The notes beneath the pieces were generated by a model. The model was not told where the DNA came from and searched no databases. It was given only the letters and a program-made list of their open reading frames with translations. The position numbers and the translations under genes are program-made. Shown piece by piece: positions 27,601 through 35,784 of a DNA stretch of 64,000 bases. Each line of letters begins with the position of its first letter. The stretch's first letter is position 1. Source of the DNA: Bacteroidales bacterium (GTDB lineage: Bacteria > Bacteroidota > Bacteroidia > Bacteroidales > GCA-2748055); the NCBI GenBank assembly GCA_029931975.1, contig JAOZQY010000003.1, positions 67,420-131,419 of the forward strand, given 5' to 3'.

Positions 27601-28572
27601 ATGACAAAGCCTATACGTTTTTTTTTAATCCTCCTACTGGCTGCAACAAGTACACTGATTGCTCAGTCAGACGATAGCCTGAAAATTAAATCCTCTTACT
27701 TCGAAGTGAATGACTTCGTGGAAGACAACGAAGCCTGTCTGAAGTGCCACGGAGAAGAGAAGTACCTTATTGAAGATCCCAACTCGGGCAGAAGCATTAC
27801 TAATCATATGTGTCCCGACCGGACCATTGACAGGGATGCCTTTTACTCTTCTGTTCACAAGGCTTTCAGCTGTACGGATTGTCACTCCTACGACTTTATG
27901 ACTTTCCCTCACCCCCTTGAGGTAAGGTTTGAGGAGCACTTCATGTGCCTGGATTGTCATGGATACGACGAGAGCTTTGCCCAGTATCACTTTGAGGATA
28001 TCGAAATGGAATTCCAGAAGAGCATCCACAATATGGAGGACTTCTCCTGCTGGAAATGCCATGACCCGCATAGTTATAAGGCTTTTATGAGAAATGCAGA
28101 AGACCTGACAGAGGCTATTCTCTATGACAACAACATGTGCCTGAAGTGCCATGCAAATTTCTCCCGTTTCACTTTGCTAACCGACAGGGAAGAGATTAAC
28201 GTAGTCAAATCTCATGAATGGTTACCAAACCAGACTGCCCATTTTAAAAGTGTAAGGTGTATTGAGTGCCATACCGCAATCAGTGATTCCATTCTGATCC
28301 CCCACCAAATCATGCCTAAAGCAGATGCTGTGAAACGTTGTACGGAATGTCATTCCAGGGATTCCAGGCTTATGCATACCCTGTATAAGTTCCAGAGCAA
28401 GGAAGAGAGAAAAGGTGGTTTTGTAAATGGGGTTATTATGACAGACTATTTTGTGATCGGGGCCAATAAGTCTCCCTTTTTGGATAAACTCAGTTTCCTG
28501 ATCCTCGCAGGCACCCTGCTGGGAATAGCTTTCCACACATTTTTGCGTATTCGAAATAAAAAAACAAAATAA
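27601..28572 (+). CDS. Heptaheme cytochrome c with C-terminal membrane anchor
   Basis: Seven CxxCH motifs (CLKCH, CTDCH, CLDCH, CWKCH, CLKCH, CIECH, CTECH); signal peptide; C-terminal TM containing His. Confidence 0.92.
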   Translation: MTKPIRFFLILLLAATSTLIAQSDDSLKIKSSYFEVNDFVEDNEACLKCHGEEKYLIEDPNSGRSITNHMCPDRTIDRDAFYSSVHKAFSCTDCHSYDFMTFPHPLEVRFEEHFMCLDCHGYDESFAQYHFEDIEMEFQKSIHNMEDFSCWKCHDPHSYKAFMRNAEDLTEAILYDNNMCLKCHANFSRFTLLTDREEINVVKSHEWLPNQTAHFKSVRCIECHTAISDSILIPHQIMPKADAVKRCTECHSRDSRLMHTLYKFQSKEERKGGFVNGVIMTDYFVIGANKSPFLDKLSFLILAGTLLGIAFHTFLRIRNKKTK

Positions 28573-28573
28573 A

Positions 28574-29197
28574 ATGGCCACCCACAGGATTTATTTATAC
28601 CCGATTTGGATCAGGATATGGCACATTATAAATGCCATAACCTTCCTGCTACTTGTATTTACCGGCATTGCTTTACATTATGCCACTACAGGCACGGGCC
28701 TTATTAAATTTGAAACAGCTGTAAACCTTCACAACATTTGTGCCTTGCTACTGACCTTTAATTACGGCTTCTTTGTGATTGGGAACATAATATCCGGAAA
28801 CGGAAAATACTACAAGGGCTGGAAGAAAGACATGACTGATAATCTATGGACCCAGGCGAAGTTCTACATCAGCGGTATGTTTAAGAAAGAGTCCCATCCC
28901 TTTGCCATCAATAAAGAACGGAAATTTAATCCTTTACAGAAAATATCCTATGTGGCTGTTATGTATATATGTATGCCACTGATCATTATCTCAGGATTAG
29001 GCCTTATGTTCCCGGAGACTATAATAGGCCAGATATTTAAGGTTAGCGGACTTGCCCTGACAGACTTCCTGCATCAGATTATGGCCTTTGTGCTTTTAAT
29101 CTTCCTTCTGGTTCACCTCTATACCTGCACCCTGGGAGATAAACCGGGTACCCTTTTTAAGAGCATGATAAACGGCTACCACGAAGAACACGAATAG
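28574..29197 (+). CDS. Diheme cytochrome b (FdnI/HydC-like) membrane subunit
   Basis: Four TMs with His residues (RIWHIIN, NLHNI, FLHQI, LVHLY), KFNPLQK and FKSMING. Starts 1 nt after the heptaheme stop. Confidence 0.92.
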   Translation: MATHRIYLYPIWIRIWHIINAITFLLLVFTGIALHYATTGTGLIKFETAVNLHNICALLLTFNYGFFVIGNIISGNGKYYKGWKKDMTDNLWTQAKFYISGMFKKESHPFAINKERKFNPLQKISYVAVMYICMPLIIISGLGLMFPETIIGQIFKVSGLALTDFLHQIMAFVLLIFLLVHLYTCTLGDKPGTLFKSMINGYHEEHE

Positions 29198-29199
29198 CC

Positions 29200-29520
29200 A
29201 TTTGAACTGTACCCAGACTTACTATAAATTCAAGAGAGACGTAAGAAAAAAAAGAAGGGCTTAAGGAGGTGTGGCTACTGCCGGAGTGCTTCATCGCATT
29301 GGTGCTGTAATCACTTTTGGCTATTTTGCATTCCATATATTCAATCTGGCAAGGAAGAAGAGACGAAAACGACTCTCCTTAACTAAGTTTATCTTCACGG
29401 GACATATACCCCTGGAACACTTTAAACATGAACGTCCCCGGGAATATCAGGAAATAAAAGAGGCTGGAGAACTGGACAAGCGCGTTTTAAGAAAGAGTTC
29501 TCCAAAGCGGAAGAGGACAC
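29200..29520 (+). pseudogene. Remnant of a second cytochrome b (CbcL-like C-terminal domain)
   Basis: GGVATAGVLHRIGAVITFGYFAFH (a His-bearing TM) is joined directly to FTGHIPLEHFKHERPREY (a C-terminal motif). The intervening helices and the N-terminus are missing, and there are upstream in-frame stops. Confidence 0.6.
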
Positions 29521-29553
29521 AAAGATTGCAAGTAAATAAAACAGCGACCAGGA

Positions 29554-30234
29554 TTACCTGGCCGCTTTTGCCTCTTCAATAAGGATTTCGTAACTGTAGC
29601 CGTAACCAAAATCCTTGTTAATGGCCAGAACCCCTTCAAGAGTGAGCACCTGGCCTACTTCAAATGATTCCTGGGAAGTAATAGTCAGATCATACTTCCC
29701 ATCAAATTCGCTTCCATCCTGGATATGTATCCAGTTTCGTTCCATGATTGCTGCATTGAATTTTACCACTTCTCCTCTTACGCGGATTCGTTTCCCGTAA
29801 AAGGAGTCCGGATTTGCATACAGCTCAGCGATGCTTATAGTTCCCTCTTCAGCTTCTACGCTGATTTTCATTTTGCCGACCTTTAATGCGGAACCATGTG
29901 AGGTGCCTGGCATCATATCCATGGCAGGGGGCTTGCTTCCTTCAAGAGCATCCAGGAACAACACCTTCTCAAAGGTCCTGTTTAGCTCCTCACTATAAAA
30001 ATCCTCCATTAGCAATCCACCCTCGTAAGTGATGCTTTCACCAGGTGTAATCTCTGTTGATGACACTGCAATCCAGCAGGCCGGTCCCCTTCCTTTCACA
30101 AGGAGATAGGTATAATTTTCTACCTGCTCGACAGCTTTAACTTTTACAGTATGTGCACCCTCTGTGGTTCGATCTCCACATCCTGCCAGACTCAATATTG
30201 CAAGTAAAAACAGGTATCTAATTATATTTCTCAT
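29554..30234 (-). CDS. NrfJ-like / OB-fold lipoprotein
   Basis: Lipobox LAGC; EQVENYTYL..WIAV and FYSEELNRTFEKVLF; second OB domain VRGEVVKFN.AIMERNWIHIQDG and KDFGYGY. Confidence 0.65.
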   Translation of the reverse strand: MRNIIRYLFLLAILSLAGCGDRTTEGAHTVKVKAVEQVENYTYLLVKGRGPACWIAVSSTEITPGESITYEGGLLMEDFYSEELNRTFEKVLFLDALEGSKPPAMDMMPGTSHGSALKVGKMKISVEAEEGTISIAELYANPDSFYGKRIRVRGEVVKFNAAIMERNWIHIQDGSEFDGKYDLTITSQESFEVGQVLTLEGVLAINKDFGYGYSYEILIEEAKAAR

Positions 30235-30250
30235 AGACTATTCTTCAATG

Positions 30251-30283
30251 AAAAATCCCCTGGCAAAAGTGGCCAAAGGATTT
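30251..30283 (-). terminator. Possible terminator after the tetraheme cytochrome
   Basis: Minus strand AAATCCTTTGGC...GCCAGGGGATTTTT, an imperfect stem with a T tail. Confidence 0.5.
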
Positions 30284-30318
30284 CCCAACAAGTTAATAAG
30301 CTCTTAATTCAAAACCCA

Positions 30319-30846
30319 CTATTTTGACGGATTAGGGTGGGCAATCATTGCTGCTTTCTCAGCATAATTAAAAGGTTTGTAAGTAGGGCTCTCCTCATTG
30401 TGACAGGTAAGACATACCTTTTCCGTTGGCTCAATAAGCCCCTTTTGCATAGCCAGAGTTTTATTCTTCATAACAGAGGCTCCTTTATACATGCTTCCGG
30501 GTCCGTGACAGGACTCGCAGGAAACACCCTCAGCCATTTTAGCTGAAGCAACTAGCTTGGCATCCACGCCACCTACAGTCGAATGGCACTTGATACATGC
30601 TGCATCCGTGGTAGGATCGGCAATACCCATTTTCTTGGCAATCTCAAGGGCTTCTGCACTGGCGAGGGTTTTCATGGCTCCGGCATGCGGGCCCTTCAAC
30701 CAAACATTATACTGCTCACCTTTTGCGGGTTTAAGGTGGCACATTTTACATTTTGAGGCACCAATGTATTTGAAATTCTGGGCCATCAGGGCACTTCCGG
30801 CAAAGAGTACCATCAGGGCGAAAGTAAAAATTCGTTTTGTCAACAT
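30319..30846 (-). CDS. Periplasmic tetraheme cytochrome c (c554-like)
   Basis: Signal peptide; YIGASKCKMCH, CIKCH, GVSCESCHGPGS and CLTCH. Confidence 0.9.
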   Translation of the reverse strand: MLTKRIFTFALMVLFAGSALMAQNFKYIGASKCKMCHLKPAKGEQYNVWLKGPHAGAMKTLASAEALEIAKKMGIADPTTDAACIKCHSTVGGVDAKLVASAKMAEGVSCESCHGPGSMYKGASVMKNKTLAMQKGLIEPTEKVCLTCHNEESPTYKPFNYAEKAAMIAHPNPSK

Positions 30847-31020
30847 AGCTAATTGTTTTTGAATAAATCTATACTTAGGATGCTAAAATAATCTATTTCT
30901 TATCAATACATGTTCAATTTTCGGGCCAAATTCTACGTATATGCTTAATCTATAACCATTTTAAATTCTTTTATCCTGATTGCATCAGGGCTAGAGGGCG
31001 AACAACTACAGATGCAAAGG

Positions 31021-31055
31021 AAAAAAGGCCCTCCACATCGGCGGAAGGCCTTTTC
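31021..31055 (-). terminator. Intrinsic terminator after the rhodanese gene
   Basis: Minus strand AAAAGGCCTTCCGCCGATGTGGAGGGCCTTTTTT. Confidence 0.8.
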
Positions 31056-31071
31056 TTTAAAGATTAAAGTC

Positions 31072-32061
31072 TTACTTAGCAGTTACATAATCATATCCCA
31101 TGATGGCACCCTCGCTCCAGGTATGACCTTCCATCTCATCATGAATCATGCCGTTAGCACCAAATTTTAATGACTTGGCATCATAGCCCAGTACCCTCAG
31201 GTAAGTTGCAATTCTGGCGCTGTTCTGTCCAGTGTAGCAATATACCACAATGGTCTTGTCAGTGGGCAGGGTTTTCAGAGCTTCATCCAAGGCAAGGTCC
31301 ACATTGGGTGTATACTGCATGGCTCCTTCAATGTGGCCCGGATCCAGGTACTCTGCGTTTGGCCAGTAGTTGATAATATAATAATCATCCAGGTTGGCAT
31401 ATACATCTGCATTGGAAATGGCAGCAGCACCAAAACCATCACCAAGAACTGCATCCCATTGGGCATCAAAAATCTCCTCTGCAGTCTCAAATCCGGTAGT
31501 CAGGGTCGGCAGCTCACCTTCCTCAGCTTTTGCTGTTACATCCGCTGTAAAGAGTGTAGCTTTTTCATTACTGATATTACCGGACCACTTGTCGAAATCT
31601 GCATGCCAGGAACTCATTCCAAATGCCATGGAATAAACATCTTTGTAACCTGCAAGCTGCAACAGGCAGGTCAGCCATGAGGCCGTTTGGCCACTATAAC
31701 ATACAATGGAAATCTCATCATAGGCACTTAGATCTGTGGCATCAATGTGATCGCGAACATCGCCAGCAGCTAAATTCACAGAACCTTCGATATGCCCAGC
31801 TGCCCAGTCAACAGCACTACGAATATCAATGATATAAACCTTATCAGCAGCCATTGCAGTGTGAACAGCCTCTGCACTCTTAATGGCCAGAGCAGAGTTT
31901 CCATAGTTGGCTGCAGGAGAAGTTGCAGATTCCATCCACTTCACGAGCAGTTCTGCCTCATTAATCTCTACCGGGTCCTCTTCTTTATCACAGGATACCA
32001 CGAAAAAGGAGATAAACAGGATGGCCAGCATCCAAACTCTTGTCTTTGTCATAATCTTCAT
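31072..32061 (-). CDS. Tandem rhodanese-domain lipoprotein
   Basis: Lipobox VVSC. Two rhodanese domains: IIDIRS..GHIEGS..VCYSGQTA and GHIEGA..VVYCYTGQNS. Confidence 0.9.
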   Translation of the reverse strand: MKIMTKTRVWMLAILFISFFVVSCDKEEDPVEINEAELLVKWMESATSPAANYGNSALAIKSAEAVHTAMAADKVYIIDIRSAVDWAAGHIEGSVNLAAGDVRDHIDATDLSAYDEISIVCYSGQTASWLTCLLQLAGYKDVYSMAFGMSSWHADFDKWSGNISNEKATLFTADVTAKAEEGELPTLTTGFETAEEIFDAQWDAVLGDGFGAAAISNADVYANLDDYYIINYWPNAEYLDPGHIEGAMQYTPNVDLALDEALKTLPTDKTIVVYCYTGQNSARIATYLRVLGYDAKSLKFGANGMIHDEMEGHTWSEGAIMGYDYVTAK

Positions 32062-32106
32062 TTTATATAGGTATTTGGTTAATAATTATTTTCTATTGTT
32101 CGGTAA

Positions 32107-33483
32107 TTAATTGTTTTCAACGAACCATGAACCGGGCAATTCACCATCCACAGTATAAGCCTGGGTGGCTTCAACCTCCCAGGTATGCAAACTGTCTGTC
32201 CAGAGATACAATTCTGAATTTATCAGAGTACCTCCCTCATTTCGTATATGGCAATTCGAATAACAGGATGCCCCATCCTCCACATCAGTCTGCGGAGTTT
32301 TCTTCAATATATTATGTGGGGTGGTATAATTAAATGTTGGAAAGGCTTCAAAATTCTCGTATGCCAGATCTTCTCCGTATCCAACCCAGTTATCAGGATA
32401 AGCCAGGGTACGGCGAACCAGAGCGAATTTATGCTCCTTGATGTCGGGTATGGTATTCAAAGCAATTTTAAAGTCCATGAATGCTTCAATCTCAGCATGA
32501 CCATCCGCAATATGGCAGGCTCCGCAACTGTTGTAGGACTGTGAGTGACAGACCTGGCACTGGAAATCGTCATAATGCACGGAGTGATAGTTGTTGGAAG
32601 TACCTCCATTTGGATGGCAACCTTCACAAGTAGGCAATTCAGAATAGGCATAACGCTGCTCCACGGGCTGAGAATCTCCATGAAGCTCATGACCATCATG
32701 GCAACTCAGGCAATCCATTTTTAATTCATCCCTGTGGAAGTCAGGCTCTGCTTCTGAACTTACACCGAGAAAAGCGTGTCCTCCCCTGGAAGTGTGACAG
32801 GAAACACATACATTATACCAATCTGGAGTTTTGTTAAAATTATGCCCCTTGGACAATCCCCCTCCTGCTATCTTAGGCCTAACAACATGGCAGTTTCCAC
32901 ATGTTCCATGACAAATGGAACACTTGGCATCATAACCTTCTATCTGGTGAGCCGGAAGCTTATCAAAATCCATGGACCCGGTATATTCACTATTGCTACG
33001 CATAGCCACTTTCCTTTTCTGACCGGTGCCATTGTGCAGACTGGTCATAAAATTCTCACTAACTGTCTCATGACATGTGGCACATTTTTCCTGGTGAGCC
33101 AAAGAAGGAGATTTGATCCAGTCGCCCGAATGAGCCTCATTCTTATCACCCGAATCGCCATTTCCATTATGACAGCCAGTACACCCAACACTATAGTGTC
33201 CGGAAGCTTTGAAATCATCATAGCCAGCACCTCCCATGAACACCCTATCATAGGGCTCATAGTGCGGAGCAGCACCTCCACAACCTCCAACAGGGGCTGC
33301 AGTATCGGGCGAATGAACAGCAATCAGGCGATCATAGTCTGTATGACAACCCTCACATGAGTTGGCTTTGATCTCACCACTATCACCTTTACCGGGAATC
33401 TGATAATTAGTACATCCAATTCCGGCAAGCCATAGTGTCACAAATATCAGGACCAGGCCTGAACCAATCTTCGAGTCTCTCAT
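32107..33483 (-). CDS. Multiheme cytochrome c lipoprotein (10 CxxCH + 1 CX3CH)
   Basis: Lipobox-like GIGC; CEGCH, CTGCH, CATCH, CSICH, CGNCH, CVSCH, CLSCH, CEGCH, CQVCH, CGACH and CYSNCH. One extra Cys in GGCGG. Confidence 0.92.
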   Translation of the reverse strand: MRDSKIGSGLVLIFVTLWLAGIGCTNYQIPGKGDSGEIKANSCEGCHTDYDRLIAVHSPDTAAPVGGCGGAAPHYEPYDRVFMGGAGYDDFKASGHYSVGCTGCHNGNGDSGDKNEAHSGDWIKSPSLAHQEKCATCHETVSENFMTSLHNGTGQKRKVAMRSNSEYTGSMDFDKLPAHQIEGYDAKCSICHGTCGNCHVVRPKIAGGGLSKGHNFNKTPDWYNVCVSCHTSRGGHAFLGVSSEAEPDFHRDELKMDCLSCHDGHELHGDSQPVEQRYAYSELPTCEGCHPNGGTSNNYHSVHYDDFQCQVCHSQSYNSCGACHIADGHAEIEAFMDFKIALNTIPDIKEHKFALVRRTLAYPDNWVGYGEDLAYENFEAFPTFNYTTPHNILKKTPQTDVEDGASCYSNCHIRNEGGTLINSELYLWTDSLHTWEVEATQAYTVDGELPGSWFVENN

Positions 33484-33656
33484 ATCAAAAGTATTCTAAG
33501 TGTATTTCTATTTAATAATGAACTAGTTAACCAGTTGTGTAAATCATGGAAATAAAGAGTGCTAACCCTTGTAAAGATTGCATATTTAGGGCAGTTGTGA
33601 AAGAAAAAACAACTAGTTTAGCCACGAGTTTAGGCTGATCTGAATTTCTGCAACAA

Positions 33657-33670
33657 CTGATACAGATCAT
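33657..33670. promoter_or_regulatory. Putative Fnr/Dnr-type box
   Basis: CTGAT-ACAG-ATCAT in the divergent promoter between the multiheme gene and the second Crp/Fnr gene. Preceded by AA, as at 26233. Confidence 0.5.
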
Positions 33671-33712
33671 TTATTTTCCTGATTCTTTTGTATATTTACA
33701 CATCGAAAACAG

Positions 33713-34414
33713 ATGTTAATGGAAGATCATACCAGTTTCACAGCCTGCACCCTGAGTTATAATCAATGCAGGTGTTTTGACAGGCTAACTGTAGATCAAA
33801 GGGATTTCCTCGATAAAAACTCCGTGAGAATTAAATACCGTAAAGGAGAAATCATCTGTAAACAGGGTGGATTTGTGTCGCACGTCATGTATATGGAACA
33901 TGGCCTTGCCAAGGTCTTCCTGGAAAACGGGTCCAACTCGCTTGTATTAAGGATCGTTCCCGACAGCAATTTCCTGGGACTGGGAGCCGTATCGGAAGAG
34001 CACTCCAATTTTCCATACTCTGCCATGGCGTATATGGACTCCGAGATCAGGCAGATTGATGTCAGGGCCTTCCGTACATTGATGGAAGAGAACACAGGCT
34101 TCATGAAGGATATCATTGAAATCTTAAGTTCCAACAGCATCCAGATTTATGGCAGGTTTTTCTGCTTCACATATAAACAGGCCTTTGGCAGACTTGCCGA
34201 CATCTTGTTGTGTATATCCAACCGCATTTATAAAAGTTCAGAATTTGACCTGCCCCTGTCCCGCAAGGAGCTGGCAGAACTGTCAGGAATGAGTGCTGAA
34301 ACAGTCATCAGAATGCTCAAAGAATTTAATGAGGAGGGCCTGATCAAAATTGATGGGAAAAAAATCGAGGTGCTGGACTATGAACGACTCAAACAAATTA
34401 GCGAGACCGGATGA
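33713..34414 (+). CDS. Crp/Fnr family regulator
   Basis: N-terminal cysteines (ACTLSYNQCRC); KGEIICKQG and GRLADILL; HTH LSRKELAELSGMSAETVIRML. Confidence 0.92.
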   Translation: MLMEDHTSFTACTLSYNQCRCFDRLTVDQRDFLDKNSVRIKYRKGEIICKQGGFVSHVMYMEHGLAKVFLENGSNSLVLRIVPDSNFLGLGAVSEEHSNFPYSAMAYMDSEIRQIDVRAFRTLMEENTGFMKDIIEILSSNSIQIYGRFFCFTYKQAFGRLADILLCISNRIYKSSEFDLPLSRKELAELSGMSAETVIRMLKEFNEEGLIKIDGKKIEVLDYERLKQISETG

Positions 34415-34456
34415 TATAGTACTGTTCGCACATAATCCTCCTATGGATAAATACAG

Positions 34457-35533
34457 TTATTTAGTGGCAGCAGTTAGAGCTTTAATTGATGCATCTATCA
34501 GATCCAGGGCATAAGCTGAATTGTGAATCCCCATACTGGCATCTTCCTCCAGCAAAATATAGTTCCACAAGGCTCCAGCTGAGTCGGCCTGGTATTCAAC
34601 TACCACACCCGCATCTTCATCAGATTCAATAGCATGCCCAGCTGCATCAACCATTCCGGCAGCAAACAGTGCATCTTGAAGAAGGACTAACTCACTATGG
34701 ACATCTACAACTGTATGACAGCCTGCACATCCTTCAACATCAGCAACCCAGGTATGGCCTCCAATTGTATCACCAACAACGTCGCCCATGTGACAGCTGA
34801 CACAATCGTGTGGGCCGCCGCCGACTACAGAGGCAACTTCTCCTCGGTAATCATAACCAACAAGGCCATTGATAAGGTTGGCCTGAGGGCCATGGTGTGG
34901 TCCCCAATGTTCTGCGATCTCCACAATGGCTGCTCCATCAGTATCGTCCGGGGCCTCTTCCCTTGACTGGTGACAGTGCATGCAGAGATTGGATTCTGCA
35001 TTGTCAAACTCCACCATATCACCTCCAGCAATTAATTTCACTGACCTGGTTTCACGAATGGCAGAATTGGGTTCATTCTCAAAATCAAGTGACGAATGGA
35101 AATCGTGACAGGTTTTGCAGCGAACGGGCTGTGGTATAGGAATATCAGCCGCCGTGGTATCCAGACCGGTCCAGACAGTCTCCACAAATCCTTCATGTGA
35201 ATGACATTTGGCGCAATCATTCCGGCCTCCGGCATACTGAACAGTAGTTGGACTGCCCGGGTAAAAAGTCTGACTGGTACCGTGCAGAGAAGCGGCCCAC
35301 TGAGTTTCTACTGCAGTCTTAACTGCAGTAATATGGCATTCAAGACATACTGCATTCCCGGCCACACCCTCGGTTCCATCAGTTCCATCGACACCGTCAA
35401 TACCGTCAATACCGTCAGCTCCGTCGGCTCCGTCGGCTCCCGCCGGTCCTTCGCAACTACCCAGGAATAATGCCCCCGCTAAAAGCAGTGCAAATCCTCC
35501 AAGTAGTGATAGTTCAGTTATAGTCTTTTTCAT
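34457..35533 (-). CDS. Hexaheme cytochrome c lipoprotein with collagen-like linker
   Basis: Lipobox LGSC; a Gly-X-Y run; then CLECH, CAKCH, CKTCH, CMHCH, CVSCH and CAGCH; HWGPHHGPQ motif. Confidence 0.9.
   Translation of the reverse strand: MKKTITELSLLGGFALLLAGALFLGSCEGPAGADGADGADGIDGIDGVDGTDGTEGVAGNAVCLECHITAVKTAVETQWAASLHGTSQTFYPGSPTTVQYAGGRNDCAKCHSHEGFVETVWTGLDTTAADIPIPQPVRCKTCHDFHSSLDFENEPNSAIRETRSVKLIAGGDMVEFDNAESNLCMHCHQSREEAPDDTDGAAIVEIAEHWGPHHGPQANLINGLVGYDYRGEVASVVGGGPHDCVSCHMGDVVGDTIGGHTWVADVEGCAGCHTVVDVHSELVLLQDALFAAGMVDAAGHAIESDEDAGVVVEYQADSAGALWNYILLEEDASMGIHNSAYALDLIDASIKALTAATK
35358..35449 (-). repeat. Collagen-like 9-bp tandem repeats
   Basis: Encodes GPAGADGADGADGIDGIDGVDGTDGTEGVAG, about 10 Gly-X-Y triplets. 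Confidence 0.9.
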
Positions 35534-35784
35534 AGCTAAATGGCTTTATGCAAAAATATCCCAGACTGCTATATTGTTCAAAGATTCACACCCCATATAT
35601 GCAGATGAAAAATAAGGATGTTGTCGACATCTAAATAGACATAAATCGATGAAATAGCCGATCAAGCTATATATGGAATAAGCATTACATTAGTAATGAA
35701 CTCTATTTAAAATATTTATGTCCCATGAGGACTCCCGAGAAGAATGTTTCTAAATTTGCACAGACAGTTAAACCTGAATCTAAC

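Noticed and set aside
30975-30989. Palindrome CCTGAT-TGC-ATCAGG upstream of the tetraheme gene
   Set aside because: The half-sites resemble the Fnr-type boxes, but the spacer is 3 nt rather than 4. Not enough to call it an operator.
35617-35631. Palindrome GATGT-TGTCG-ACATC upstream of the hexaheme gene
   Set aside because: Only 5-bp arms and no second copy seen; could be chance.
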